Shown piece after piece: positions 21,825 through 35,969 of a stretch of 64,000 nucleotides of DNA. The notes beneath the pieces are model-generated. The model was not told where the DNA came from. It was given only the letters and a program-made list of their open reading frames with translations, and did no database searches. The stretch is from Protoeuglena noctilucae (Eukaryota), in NCBI GenBank assembly GCA_958009085.1, contig OY253682.1, forward strand, positions 186,001 through 250,000, given 5' to 3'. The position numbers and the translations under genes were made by a program. Each line of letters opens with the position of its first letter. The stretch's first letter is position 1.

Positions 21825-24800
21825 TCACTGTCCGTCAAAGAGCGGGCGGCTCTCTGTGATTGAGGCGCCAGCATTGCCAGCGGTCATGCCCATGAGCCTC
21901 CTTACAAGGGACGTCAGCCTCTCGTTGTCGTCCCTGCGAAGACGACGGGGCGGCATGGGGGACTGCTGACACCGAGTACTGACACCGAGCGCCGGCACAG
22001 AGATCGTGGCAACTAGCGCAGCATGGCCTGGACAGGATGACACAACAAGGACTGTGCCATATTCTGTGGCACGCTTGTTCGAAACGTGCTCTGGCTCACC
22101 GCAGCCTCTCAAGCTCCTCCCAGATGGCCTGGTCGCGGCTGGGGGAGGGCGAGATGGGGCGGGGGCTTGCGCGGAAGCGAGGGGGGGTGGGGAGACCCTC
22201 AGAGATGGAGTGGCCAAGCTGCATGCACGGGCAGATGCGGGTGTGGGAAAGGGCGCGTGTGGGTGGGGGTCGCATGTGCAAAGGCGGGTGCCAACATGGA
22301 GCGGGTGTTGGGAGGTGGGTGCCAGCACGCTGCGAGAGCCAGACGACTTCTAATCTCGACACGTGCTTTGCCAGTGTGTCACCTGTGCGTCTCCTGGCGC
22401 ACGTGAGCTGGCCCTCCCGTTGTCGTGGCGCTCCCAGTCCTCGAGGTAGCGGAGCAGCCTGGGAGTGAAATGAAACAAGTGATACTGATAATACAGTGCT
22501 ACTACATTGGTATTACACTAATATAAAACATACCAGCCATGGCCCCCTGCATTCACCATCGCATCTCCGCGTCCCCCAGCCGCGCCCCGCTCGACGCGTC
22601 CACACTGCGACGCTGCGTGCGTGGCTGCTCAGACCCACTTACTCCCGCAACCCCACCCGCACCCATTCCCGCACTTGCACCCGCACCCGCACTGCTGACC
22701 AACCCCGTGCCACCCTCTGCCGCCGTCTGTGCTGCACCCCCATCCACCTTCGCCGTTAACACCTCCGCCCTCCCCCCAGCATTCGATTCCCTGTCGGTGA
22801 CCCCAGCGTCGGTCCCTGTCACGGCGCCCGCAGCACTCGCGTCCGCATTCGCCTTGTCTGGGGAGCGGCCGGCCGGTCTTGTGGTATCCAATACCACTCG
22901 CAGGGCCTGCCTGGCACCCGGGTGGAGCTGCCGCCTCTGCCACAGCGAGGGGGAGCCTGCGGGGGGAGAAGGGGTGTGTACGTGTGGGATGGGATGGGAT
23001 TGGAACGAACAGTTAATGGAAAGGCGTGGGAGCGTGAGGGCATGAAGCGAGCGCTGGGCATGTGCAGTCTGCTCTCGCCTGCACCGTCATTGGGGGCCAC
23101 CGCGCCTGCCGCCCCTTCACTAGAACGGAAATCAGCAGTGACGTGCTCCTGGGGTGCAGTCGCAGCATCCTGTGGTGGTGCTGCAGGGCTGGGCGCGGGA
23201 GGGGGCTGGGCTTGCAGTGGCGAGGGCGACACTGCGAAGCAGTCGGTATGGAGAGTGGGGGGTTAATATAGAACGGGTGAAGAGAGGGGCTTAGAAGGCG
23301 TCTGTGAGAGGCCGTGTCAAAGCATTTTCAAAGCCCATGCAGCATTGCCGAGACACACCTGGGAGTTTGAAACTGCTCTGCCGGGGCGGCGGGCCCTTCC
23401 CAGCAATCCACAGCCCCCTGGGAGAGTCCGAGCCCCACTCCCGGCTGCTCGTCCCGCTGGGTATGCCCCACCGGGCGACCTGACCGTTCGCGTCACCCTG
23501 CCTCATCAGCCCCATGCCCCCCGTTGCCTCCCCCGCCCCACCCGCGCGCCCGCCCTCCGGCGTTTGAAACAGGTCACCGTCCGCAGACCCCTCGTCCCGC
23601 TTCTCACGGCCAGCGGCCACCCCGACCTCCCCAGCCCCACCCATGCCCCGCCCACCCCCATCGTCCCCGACTCCAACCTCTACCTCCACCTCCGGCCCCT
23701 CATGTTCCATCGGCCCCACGGCCCCCACCGGGCTCGCTAGGTCCGCCAGAAACCGCTCCATTAAGAGACCCGACCCCGTCGCCACATCAGCGACTGGCGT
23801 GTCAGACGGCAACAGCGTCGCCACCCCGCCCGCACTCGCGGTCACCGCCACCTCCCCCGGCCCCGCCCTGCCCCCCGCGGCCTTCTCTCGCAGCCCGCTT
23901 TGCTCAATTAACGCGACAGCTGCCCCGTCGGTGCGTAAGGGACGGGGTTCCCGCCCCTCAGCTCCCTCCGACCGTAGCGGTGGTGGTGCGGCGCGTGGGG
24001 CGGGGTTTGCCTGGGCTCCCCGTCCGGCCTTGCTCGCATGGCCCCGCTGTGTGGCGGTCTGGTTCGGCGGGAACACGGCGCGGACGACCTCAGCCTCAGC
24101 AGCGGACGGGCTGACCTCCGCCACCCACACATGGCTGGGCGGGGGAGTGGCTTGGGACGGTGCGGGTGCTGCGGGGGTGGCGAGGGGGGCGCTTTTGTCT
24201 GCAAGTGACGCGGATGTGAGGGAGGTGTGGGATTGTCGACCTGGCTGCGCGTGCAAGGCACCTGTAGGGGCGCCTGGGTCCTCGTCACCCTCTGTGCCGT
24301 CGTCACTTTCGCTGCCGCTGCCGCTGTCGCCGTGCGCGCTGGCGTGGACGCGGTCCAGACCGAAGCTCTGGATCCCCGCAGCGGCGCTGGCGGCGATCGC
24401 GGCGGCGGAGGGCCGCCGGGCCGGGGCACCGTCGGTGCCGCGACCGTGGGCGTCGCTGGGCATCGCGTGGGCCGGCGCCATGCCACCCTCCGGCGCCGGC
24501 AGCGGCACCGGGCCCCCGCTGGAGCCGAGGGCGTCAAGGTTCGCGATGATCTCCTCCAATTCCTGCGATGGTGCCGTGGTGGGGAGGGGAGCGGGTCACA
24601 TGGACAGATACTGACACTGACACTGCGCAAGGACATGCCATAGCGAGGATGGCTCATGAAAAAAGCAAGGCTCTTGAACCCCTCTCGCTTATCCCGCCTC
24701 TCCGATCCACCCGCAACACCTCCTCACCTCAGATGCCGTCAGCGACCCCTCGTCCCGCTCGTACCCAAACCCCCAAGGCCGGGACCCGTGGCTGCTCGCG

Positions 24801-26100
24801 TCCTCCGTCGTGAACGTATAAATACTATCCTCGTCCGCAAAATCAACTCTAGACACCGCAGAGCGCTTGCCACCGCCTCGCGCACCGTGCCGCCGCGACA
24901 GTGCGGCTCGCGAGGTGCGGGGGGGCTTGAGGATGCTCGGGGGTGGTGGCGACCGCAGTAGGTGGACGGCGTGGTCGTGCACCATGCGCCAGTACCTGTC
25001 CTTGCTGCTGCGAGGGCCGTGCGAGCGGTGGGGAGGGTCAATGCTTACGCGGGGCATATGGGGTGGCAAGATGAAGACGCCACACAAGCAACCAAGGCGC
25101 TGAAACGCGTGCATGAGTGCAGTTCATGAGCATTGCAGAGACAGCGGTGAGTAAGAAGAAGACGGGGTCTGCGACACGTCACCTATCAGATCCTGGTAGT
25201 TACCACCCACCCTACCCGCACATCGATGCTCACCTGGCCGCCCCGTCCCTGTCCGGCGACGCGTGCCCCGCTGCCCCATCCCCAGCCACCGCGTCCGGCG
25301 CCCCTTCGCTTCTCCCCAGATCGTCAGGCGACCACGCGGCGCGGTGCGTGGGGGAGGAGGACTGCGACGCTCGGCTGGGGCTGCCGTGGCGGCGGTGGTG
25401 GGCGGGGCGCGTGCCGGGTGCGTCGGCCCGGCTGGGCAGCACGCGGTCGACATCCGCCGCGGCCAGGCGCGAGCGGAGGCGCGCGTGCTGCGGGGACGCA
25501 TCGCCCCTCGCCGCGGAGGACGCATGCGACGCACGCATGCCCGGGGACCGTGGGGGCTCGTCCCCGGGGTCCGGGGGCGACAGGGACCTGGCCCGGGCGC
25601 GACCGAGGGCCAGGACGTCCACCGGGGAGGGCAGGGTCGGCGGGGGAGGCGTTCCTGCCACCACGTCGTTCGTGAGGGCGTGGCTCGCCAGGTCCGAGGC
25701 GGCGAGCGGGTCGCGGCGAGAGCGGGGCGCGTCTGGCGTGCGCGCGTCCAGGCGAGCAATCGCCGCGGCGATCCAGCCCGGGCGATCCCGCGGCGTCAAC
25801 GGCGTCTCGTTGCTTGATTGCGCCGCAGCCGTGGCCCCCTCTCTCGCTGGCTCCACCTCGCTCGCCCTGTCTGTTGGGGCGCTCGCCGGGAGGCGCGCGG
25901 GCGGTGCCGATGCGCGCTTCTCCGCCGTGGGTGACCGGCCGCGCTTGGCGGGTCCCGGCGCTGCCTGCGGGGCGAAGGAGGAGGGCAGCATGGAGGAGGA
26001 CTGCGCATGGGTCGTGACGCAGCGTGGAAGGCCCATGCGTCTCTGGATACGCTGTCTGCGTCTCATGGCCGTGCTCGAGTGCAAAGCATACGCTGCCAAG
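21825..26100 (-). CDS. Hypothetical low-complexity protein with SILK and RVxF motifs (boundaries uncertain)
   Basis: Long Ala/Pro/Gly-rich open segments at 25230-26099, about 24725-25010, 23360-24562, 22553-22955 and 21825-22150. The exon near 24.9 kb reads PPPPSILKPP...SRVDFADEDSIYTF. Confidence 0.45.
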
Positions 26101-27318
26101 ATGCGTCTGGCAAGGCCAACGTCTCACCGCTCGGGCCAATCGGGTCATCCCCGGGTAAATGCTCCGGCCAGGCCCCGAAGCGGGGGCCGTCTGGGGCGCG
26201 GAGGCGGTATCTGCGGACGCAGGGTGACAGAGCCATTAACACATGTTCCGTATACGTCAAAATCGTAGCCATCGGAGCGCCTGACGCCCCAGACGCTGCA
26301 GCCAGAGCAGTGGACGCACCTTGAGGCGTGGAGCTCCGCAACGCAGCGTCCTGAAGCCCCCTGCGTGCATCGCCAAGCCAATCCAAATGAAGTGCGACCG
26401 CAAGGTTAGCGCCATGGGCCTAGAAACGCCTCCGGCGGCACTGAAAGCGCAAGGCAGGGAAACGAATGCGAACGGTCCAGGCCTCATACGCAAGCACCTT
26501 TTCGCGCGACCTGAGCTGTCGACGCGTTTGAACGGACTGCCCAGGGTGGGCGGTGCCGCGGCTGCCCCCTGCGCCTGGGTGCGGGACGCCGTTGTTGTTG
26601 ATGCGTCCCCGTACGCCGCCAGAGCGGAGCGCAGGCCGCGCCGGCCGGGGGCGCGTGAAGTCCTTTCGGATGACATCGCAAACAAGCGCTCCCCGCGCCT
26701 ATCTCACAGGCAGCAAACCTGCCAAAGAAGACACTAGGGCACCCTTTGCGTCATGTGCGCAATGCCTTTCCGGCTGTGAGGCATGGCCGCAGCAGGGCGC
26801 GCTGTCGTTGCTACAAGATTGTCCTGGTCGGCTTGCAGGATTCATCTTTCGCTCGCCCAATAGCCTGACTGGCGTGACTGGCATGCCACTCGCAGGTCTG
26901 ATGAGCCGCAGCCAATACGAATGCGCTAAGTTCTTCTTATCCATCCTGTTGAGCTCATCGGGCGCGCGGCCTTGCCCGTGGATGGGCTGCCCCGCTCCGG
27001 GATGCCCGGTCCCTCGCTGCATTGGACCGCATGATAGCAGACGAGCCTAAGCCGCAGACGAAGGATCTGCGGGACCAGCTGGCCGAGCTCCGGAGGCGAG
27101 GGACTCGGCAAACACGCTGGCGCATGGTTTGCAGAATGAATGGCTGCTCTCCCTGAGGCTCGTGTGTCTCAGCAATCCCGTCCCTTGTTTTCAGGGAGGT
27201 GCACGTCACGTCGGATACCTCGGAGGACGAGGATGAGGAGCGCAGGGCGAGCCATTTGCGCGCCAGGTGAGAGTGACCAGGAACGCGGGCCTGCCTAGCT
27301 CCTCCAGTCCCCTTACTG

Positions 27319-30300
27319 ATGGTCATGATGCATTTCGGCGTTCGCAGCGCTGCTGGGGTGGCAGCGGCGGAGGAAGGCGCGCTCATCTCCTTTATTGCGG
27401 ACGTCGCCGCGGGTCGCAAGGGTCGGCCTCAGGGAACGACGGCCGCGCACAAAGCGCTTGAGGTCGAGACGGCGAGGCTGCGCCAGGACCATATGAAGCA
27501 CCGCAAGGACATGTTGGAGTCGCTCGGTGAGAGGGGCGCCCGAGCTCTCAGTCGCATCGCCCGCAAACATGCCTGCACGATCGTTCCATCGCCGTGGTTT
27601 CGTTAGCCCACGAGATGCGGGCATCGCCGAGTCACAGTGTCGATGTGGAGCGTCCGCAGGTCTGCCGTCGGCGGGGACGCAAAACGACGGCGCGTCGCTC
27701 ACCGAAGCGATGGGCAGCTCTGCCTCGGCCCGCTCGCAAGGCGGCGCGGCCGCGGACCCGGGCTCGAAGCTGACGGTCGGGAATATCATGGCGCTGGTGA
27801 GAGCTGCGTGCCTCTCGAAGCTTGGCCTGGCCCCCGTGGGGGTGGAGCATAACGCGAGGCCTTTTAGGTCTTCCTTTGCAGATGGACCAGGTGCGGGCGG
27901 CCGCGGGCCCCAACGCGGAGTTCTGGCCGAGTGATTCGGACGACGGGGACAGCGCGAAGAGCGGCGCAGCGGCGCCCAAGGCACCGCAGGCGGGGTCCCA
28001 GAAGGAGCGCAACATCATGCGCTTCATCGACCAGGCGGAGACCGCACTGCCGGCGCATGAGGCGAGTATCGAAGTGAATGAAGCGGTCTGCGACCTGCAG
28101 AAGCTTCCGTTTGCACCGAGCTGGGCGATATCGCGGCGGAGACGCCCTGCAGCGTGTTGCCTCGCCTCTGTGCGAGTTCCACGCTATCTGCCGGCGCCCG
28201 CAGGTGGAAGAGGAGATGATGACGGCTCTTCGGGAGCGCGAGTCTCAGGCGGCTCGTCCGCAGGAGGTGGCGGAGGCCCGCACGGGCGCGGGCGTGGGCG
28301 CCAGTCGCATCAAGATGCGCCACCGCCGCCACATGTGGGTCCAGACGGAGGAGAGCGCGTTGCACGAGGTGCAGGAGCTGCAGGGGCAGGTCGCGGCGCT
28401 GCGGGAGGAGCTAAACGCGGTGCGGCACAAGGTGGCGAGCGTGCAGGCGGGCGTCGTGTTAGAACACCACCAGCGGATGACGCGGACGGTGGAGAAGGAG
28501 CGGGAGACGATGCGGCGGGGCCACGAGCAGGAAGTGAAGGAGCTGCGGCGGCGATTGGTGCAGCAGGAGGCGGCGGAGGAGATCCGCGTGCAGCACGAGC
28601 TCGCCGCGCTGCGTGCCGAGCTCGAGAGGGAGTCGACGGACCGCGTGGAGCGGACGGGGACGCTGCTGCGGCAGCAGATCGTGGAGCTGCGCCAGGCGCG
28701 GCGGGAGCTGCGGACGGCGTTGCACGGGAAGGACCATGAGGTCCTGATGCTGACCACGCAGAATAAGCAACTGGAGGCCGAGGTGGCGCGGCTGACGCAG
28801 GAGCTGAGCGACAGGAAGTACGCGGAGACGATCGAGGTGAGGGGGAGTAGAAAGGAGGAGTAGGGTGGGCTAGATGGCACGGGCGAGGCAACGGTGGTCA
28901 CACACACACTGGGGTGTGCGTGACTGACATGGGGGCTGTGTCACGGCACGGTGTCGCCTTGCTCATCGCCTGCACGGCCCTGTGCCACCGTTGCATCCCC
29001 CGCCGTCCCCCAGGCGCTCAACGAGGAGCTGACTCAGGAGCGCCAGACACGGGAGGGGGTCGAGAAGGCCCTGACCAAGAAGACGCAAGAGATGATGGCG
29101 TTGGAGGCCATCCGCAAGTCCCTGCAGCAGCAGTTGGACCGCATGGCTGCGGATAAGGCAGCCGCGCTGTCCAAGGCGGCGGCCAAGATCAAGAACCTCG
29201 AGGCGGAGCACGAGCGGAAGACGGAGATGGCGGAGGTGAGGGGGGTGGGGTGGGGAAGTGGGGATGCGGTGGGAGGTGCCCCTACGGGTGACACTCGCTC
29301 ACTGTGACCCTCATATACGTACTCAATGCACGCGCGTATGCATGTGTCCGCTACCACACTCACCCACCGCACACACACACCTCGTTCTCTCAGATGCACC
29401 TCCGCGAGCGCGACCGTGAGCTCGAGGCCGTGACGCGGCACCGGGACCGCCTCCAGGGCGACTACGACCGGCAGGTGCAAGTAAACGAGCTGTTGAACCA
29501 GCGATTCCAGGCGACCGTCAAGCGGATGAACCAGGAGGCGGCGGCACTCAAGCATACCATGACGAGGCACAAGGAGGCGTTCAAGGCCAAATTGGACGCC
29601 ATGAAGCGGGCCATGCAGTCCGGCCGCGGTGACCCGGATGCGGCGTCGATGCGGTCGGGGTGGATGTCGAACCTGGGGAGCTTGCTGGAGGACGGTAGGT
29701 CGCTGTCGATGATTCGGTCGAGAGGTGAGGGGCGGGGTGGGCCGGTGTGGTGTGAGGTGACGGTAAGGGAGGGGCGGGGTGGGGTGCAGCGAGGAAGGTG
29801 CAGCGGGGCCGTGATGGCATTTTTCAGACCGGGTGTTCGTTACCAATCGTCGCTCTGCCGCCATCCATTGACTGGTATCTTTCGATGTCTCTTGCAGGCC
29901 GCCGTTCCACGCACAGCTCCCGGAGGGGATCCCCGGACGGAAGCGAAGACGAGGACGCGGTGAGGGCATGGTGGAAATGGGATATGCATGATGTGCGACT
30001 AACTGGCTGACTGGCTGCGCCTCTGATTGGCTAAGGTGTTTGTTTGTGAGATGGCCACGTTGCTCCAGCAGTGTCGTCTGCCGCCTTCACTAGCCCCATT
30101 CTTGCTGCTCGCCATCGCCTGGCTTGGATGTACTCGCCCGCCCTTGCTTGCTACCCCCAACACACGAGGGTAGCAACACTAGCACTGGTGGTGTGCAAAC
30201 CCTGCAAACCGTTCGCCACCCACCCACGTCACGTCCCCCCCCTCTGCCCGCAGCGCCCGATGAGCTCGGCCAAGAGCATCCGCAGCATGAAGAGTATGAA

Positions 30301-32344
30301 GAGCGTCAAGAGCATGAAAAGTACCAAGAGCATTCGCACCTCACGCAAGCCGAGGGGCGATACGGAGGGCGAGCCGAGGAGGGGTGTGTCGGCGAAAGAG
30401 GGTGGTGCGGAGGCGGGAGATGAGGGGGCGGGCGAGGGCGGCGGGGCGACTGCTAAGGCCCCGCCGGGCAACGCGGAGGGAGGGGTGTCATGGGGCGCGA
30501 CGGCCATGCAGATCATCAAGGCAAGGGGACCTGAGGTGTCCGTGCCGACGTCGCCGATCGGCGGTGCGGGCGCGGGTGTGCGCATTGACTTGGATGGGGG
30601 CGCCGAGGGTGGGCGCGGGGGCGGGGTGGGTGCTGGTGGTAGGCAAATGGGGGCTGCACTGGCAGGGTTTCGGCCTGAGGGGTCCGGGGAGGGCTCTGGG
30701 TCTGACGGAGAGGGTGAGGATGAGGATGATGAGGAGGAGAGTGGTGGGAAGACGGCGCTGCGCCGGGCGAGCGACATGGGGAGCGAGGACAGCCGGGCCA
30801 GGGACTTTCCCGAGCTGGTGGGGGCGCACGCGGACATCAGCCGCCACAAGAAGCGGCACCGGAGGGCCATGGAGGACGCCAAGAGGCCCGAGGTGAGGGG
30901 GGAGGGAGGAGACAGGTGTATACTGTGTGCGTCGCTGCGTGTCGGGTTCCCCTTTCTCTCGTGTCATCGCATGTGTATTGCCATCTGTTGTCCCCCGCAG
31001 TTGTCGGCGATGGACAAGAGGGTCCTGGGCCGCCACCGCCTGTCTCCTGCCGAGGTGAGTCAGTCTCTGGGTTTGGCATAGGATAGGCAGCGTGCTTGTG
31101 AGGGGTCTCCGCGTTGACCAGCCACCCTGACTGGTTACTGACTGGGCTTGGCAAGAAAGGGCCCGTCACCTCCCGCTCCCTCTCCCGCAGTTCCTGACCA
31201 TGTATGGCGCCAAGCCGTCGGACGTGCGTGGCATGACCAATGCAGACCTCATGGCGCAAGTGGAGGACCGATTGAGAGGAGTAGTGGCCGTGCAGGGCTT
31301 CATGGAAATGTACACCGCCAAGCTCGAGTCGGAGATCGTCGACGCGCACATCCCCAAGCCCATGCAGCCCATGCCGAGGGGCGGCGCCAGTGAGGCGCGT
31401 GTCGCGGGGCCCGCCGGGCAGCGGGGGGGTGTCACGCGAGGCCGGCCCAAGCCGCTCGGCGGCGCGCTGACGGACGCGGACGCGGCGGGCGCGACGGGGA
31501 CGTTGCTGGGGTTCGGGTCATCTGTGGGGAGGGAAACCGGTGCGGGGCGCACTGGGGTGTCGGTACGTGGGCCCCAGGGACGGTTTTTGACCGATGAAGA
31601 ATGGGCATCGGAGCTGTTCCTGGGTCGCAATAAGCCCAGGAAACCTCAGCTGGATCCAATCGACAAGGTGTTGCTGGCCAGGGGCAAGGGCCGGGCGACC
31701 GGGGCGGTGCCCAAAGGTCTCTCCCAGGTGACAGGGGGAGGCCGGGGGGTGGGAGGTTGGTGATTGTTGTAAAGGGAGAGGCGGGTGGAAATACGTGACG
31801 TCAATCGCCACGTAGTGCACTGCGCCCAACTATGCACCGCACCATTCCATTCCACCCCGCTCGCTGGCCGTCGCCCCATCAGCCGCTCTCCTCCGCTGTC
31901 CCGCAGGTGGGTCTGTTGACCCGCCAGGAGATTCTCTCGCTCAACCCCGGCGTGGTGGGGGAGGAGCCTAAGAACATCTTCGACGCAGTGCCCGACACGG
32001 ACCTGGGTGAGACGCCGGATGAGGGGATGCGAGTGATGAGTGGCAGTAATATGAACGATGGGAAGTGGTGGGGATGAGTAGCGGTGCTAAGGATGAGGGG
32101 ACACGGACCTGGGTGAGATGCGAGGAGGCGTTGCGAGAGGATGGGTGGCAGTAATGTGACGATTGGACGTGGTGGGGATGAGTGGCAGTGCTGGGGATGG
32201 GTCGCATGTCGGTAGCAGTTCGTGCCAAGATGGATGGACAATATTGATACTGACGATGCCATGGTCGCCCTTGCAGACTGGAAGGACGAAAGTCAGCTGG
32301 CGGACGACAGCCAGGGCCCCGTGGATCTCCTGGACAACCTCTAG
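27319..32344 (+). CDS. Large coiled-coil protein of unknown function (multi-exon)
   Basis: Heptad-rich exons at 28204-28836, 29014-29235 and 29394-29726, then a low-complexity C-terminal half. The last exon is DWKDESQLADDSQGPVDLLDNL, TAG at 32342-32344. Confidence 0.6.
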
Positions 32345-32603
32345 TGACTGGATATCGAAAATTTTCTCGAGTTGCAACGACATAGTAGTGCTGTCCATAG
32401 TCCCACGACTGTGTCTGCCACCCCTGCTATCCCTGCTACCCAGACGTTCTCCGTACTGTGGCCGGTTGAGGGCCGGCCTTGAAAGAAACGATGCGCAGCG
32501 ATGCCGGCAGCGAGTGGGGAGCCTCACTAGCAGCTACGTGGTGAGATGCTCGCTTCGTCAGCTTTGTGCCGCAGCTCGGGGGTGCCGCAACGAGGGAACG
32601 TCT

Positions 32604-34691
32604 CTACTTGCCATCCTTCCCCTTGGCGACGCCCTTATCCCCCTTATCCTGTTCCTTCTTGTCCTTATCTGCATCCTTCCCCTTCTCCTCCTCCTTCTCC
32701 CCCTCCTTCCCCTCCACCTGCGTCGCAGCAGCATGCATACGGGGCTTGAACACAAGTTGTGTTACAGCAACAACAATAACCACAGCAACCACAAGAACAA
32801 GAGCAACCGCAACCACGTGTTATGCTCCTCCTCGCCTTGTCTCCCTTGCCCCCTTTGGCGCCTCCCTTGGCGGCGGCTGCGGCCCTCAGTCGCTCCTTGT
32901 TGTCGATGAGCGAGTGGAGCGACACCACGCTCCGCACCAGGCTGGACAGGTAGACGACCGCCGTCATGTCGTTGGCCTTGTGCGCGAAGGCGCGGTGGAG
33001 GTCCTCCATGTTCAAATTCGGCAGCAGGTTGAAGATGTCTTGCAGCTGCGGTGGTGACGAGGGCGGGGAGGGGTTTGCGTGGTCGCGGCGACGTGCGAGG
33101 AGCTGCCGCGGGGCTACGCTGTCGGTGGCCGCGACGTGCGCAGCTGCTCCGACGCGCTGTGTCAGCTAACAACCGGCCGCAGCTGGTAGCTGGTGGGTCT
33201 GACATTCACGACACTGCCACGAGCACTGTGCTGCCCTCGCCTGGTTCATGATCTCCTGCTGCACCGGCAGCTCGCCGTCCACCACCAGATCGAGGTAACT
33301 CTTGATCTCCTGCGTAGAAATGAGCAAACAGCCACGCTCTCTTGTGAATAGCAAGCGCTCCCACCGAGCAGTGACCGTCTGGCCACCCGGGGTCGTCTAT
33401 AAGTCTCAGATCAACCACGGCATCCGACTCCGTGCGAGTTTGCAATTCATCGCATGTTCCTCACCTCGAGTCGGCCCTGCAGGCCCCGGAGCGCCGCCAC
33501 CTTCGCCATCACGTCCTCGGCCAGCGTGCTGACGCTGGCGTCCTTCACGTCGCGCAGCAGGTGCTCCACCCCGATCTCCTCCGCCTCAGAGGAGGCCACG
33601 GCGGTGGGCAGGTTCACGAACATCTGGTGGCCCGCCTGCGGGTGCGGGAGACACGGGGCGACTACCGTTGACACCAGGCCTGGCGTTGCAGTGCAAGGGC
33701 TGCATGCACCCTCTGCGGAAGCCGGTGCATCCATGCTCTAGAACGCATCTCCGATATGAGCATACAGCCACTGAATGATGAGCGAATCCGGTTCCGCGAC
33801 GTTCGCTCGCCTGCGTGCCATCGTCCCGGACGTCGTCGACAGCGGCAAAGCCGTGGACTGGCAGCCCGATCTCCGTGGGCTGCACCTCGCAGATGACGAA
33901 CACGGGGTTCTGCACCTCACAGAAGCGAGATACGAGCCTGCGGGCACAGGAAATGAGTCAGTAACAGTGTCGTTCGTGGGATGCGGCGACGCAGCGCGGA
34001 GGGTGGGCGGCGCGGCGGTGTGCCCGAAGTGAACGGGATGCAAGACATGGCACGTAGCAAAGAGCGCAGGGGCGTCGCGCCTGTGGATGTCCATGTCGGC
34101 CTCGCGGATGCGCGGGCCCGAGGAGTACCACCCGATGATGCGCTCCTTGGCGTTCACTTTCTTGAACATACGGAACATCTCCTCCAAGTACGAGTGGTCG
34201 AGGTACTGCGGGGAGGAAGGGCGACGCCGTTGCGGAGGGAGAGCCAAAGCAGAAGTGCGCAACCCCAATCCCGGCTCCACAAGCACCGGGGCGCGCGGCC
34301 GAGATCACAGCGCTACGGAAAGTATCGATGCGATGTGCTGCAGCTCTCTCACCAAGATGGATGTGTCCTTCTCGTCCTCCTCGAAGGGCAGCGCGAACGA
34401 GTTGAGCACCTCCGTCACGCCCTTGTTGTGCTCTCCCAAAAGCAACCCCACGACGCGCTTCCGCGTATCCTTCGCGACCCTGCGACGATAGCAGCGGCGC
34501 AGTCGAGTCACCCGCACGCTGCCACGCTGCTTGGCGATGCTGTGCATGCAGGGCCCGCCGAGCACCCGGGCGCGCGGCACGCGAGGCGATGGCGTGGATA
34601 CGGGACAGATGCCTCACCTGGTGTAGTGGTCCACGACGGACAGGAGCACCAGCGGGTGCACGTTCACGCGCAGGTCCAGCTTTGCCGACAT
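32604..34691 (-). CDS. RPN8: 26S proteasome lid subunit RPN8/PSMD7
   Basis: [78 protein letters not shown], and a KE-rich tail. Confidence 0.97.
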
Positions 34692-35234
34692 CCTGGCCCC
34701 TGCAGCAACAGATCCTGAAGGCCGATGCACACTAGCGATCAAAGCGAGCATGTGACACACCAGGCGCGACCGGCTCGGGCCCCTGCTGGCTTCCAATACG
34801 CACCTCAGCCCTCCCACGTGCGCTGGCCGTGTGGCCGTCCCTTCGTGCCAGCGCGGGCCGTCCCGGACGTTCCAAATCACCCCTCGTCCTCTCGTGTCAC
34901 GGTGCAGCGCGAGGAGAGTCCAGATAAGCCCGCGGGAGTTTTAAACCTTGCAGCTGAGGCTCGAGAAAGCGCCACAGGACCGAATTAGCGACACGATGAT
35001 GTCAGCGTGACAGCAGCTACACGGATCTGCAGCGGGGCGCGTCTGATGTGGTGGAGATGACGCAGCCAGTCCTGGCGTGTTTCGCGGGGGACCACGTGGT
35101 CTCCAGGCTGCGCCGACACGCCGTCAGTTCGCCGCCAACGGTCACTGTGTAACTGATCGCCTCGCTCTGACCCTCGCCTCCCCTTCCTGACGTACGAGAG
35201 AGGCAGTGCCACCCGAGGAAGCGCATCGGGGGTC

Positions 35235-35969
35235 ATGGCCGACGCGCTCAGCGATGAGCGGGCGCGGCAGGGGGAGGCGAACGAGCCGAGTGGGGCTGGG
35301 AACGGGGAGCACGTGCTCAAGTTCCGGAACTACCGGCCCAGGAGCGACAAAATCGAGTATCAGAAGGCGCGTGCTGGGCTGGCTGGGCTCGCAGCGCCGC
35401 GGCTGGCCAGCCGGAGAAGAACAAGAAGAGACATGGCAGAATCCACTTCTGTAGACCGGGGCTCAAACGGTCCCTCGCGGCGCAGCAGGGTAGGCTCGAA
35501 AGCAGCGCCGCCGACGCCGTTGGCCGCAGGTGGGCCTGGCGCACCCCGACAAGGTCGAGGAGCCGAAGCCGGAGGTCAAGATTGACCAGTTAGCATCGGT
35601 GGTGAGGATGGCTGATGGAGAAAGGCAGCGCATGGCCCGTCGCTGCAGAGAGAGTCTTGACGCACTGCTCGCTCGCTGCCTCGCGCGCAGGACGCCGTGA
35701 TAGCTACTGCACCGAAGAAGCCCAACTGGGACCTCAAGCGGGACATCGCAAAGAAGCTCGAGAAGCTGGACAAGCGCACACAGCGGTGAGAATGCAGTTG
35801 GACGTCCTGCAGCGCCCGCCTACGCGTGGCGCAGCGTTGTGCAATGGCCGCGACTCTCGCGTCCTCTTGGATGCAATCGACCGCGTTGCCACGCAGGGCT
35901 CTGTTCTACTTGGCACAGGACGAGGAGAAGCGCCGGTTGGCGGAGTCCGGTGGGGCAGCCGACAGTTGA
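35235..35969 (+). CDS. CWF18: Splicing factor CWF18/CCDC12
   Basis: LKFRNYRP and APKKPNWDLKRDIAKKLEKLDKRTQR motifs. Confidence 0.9.
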
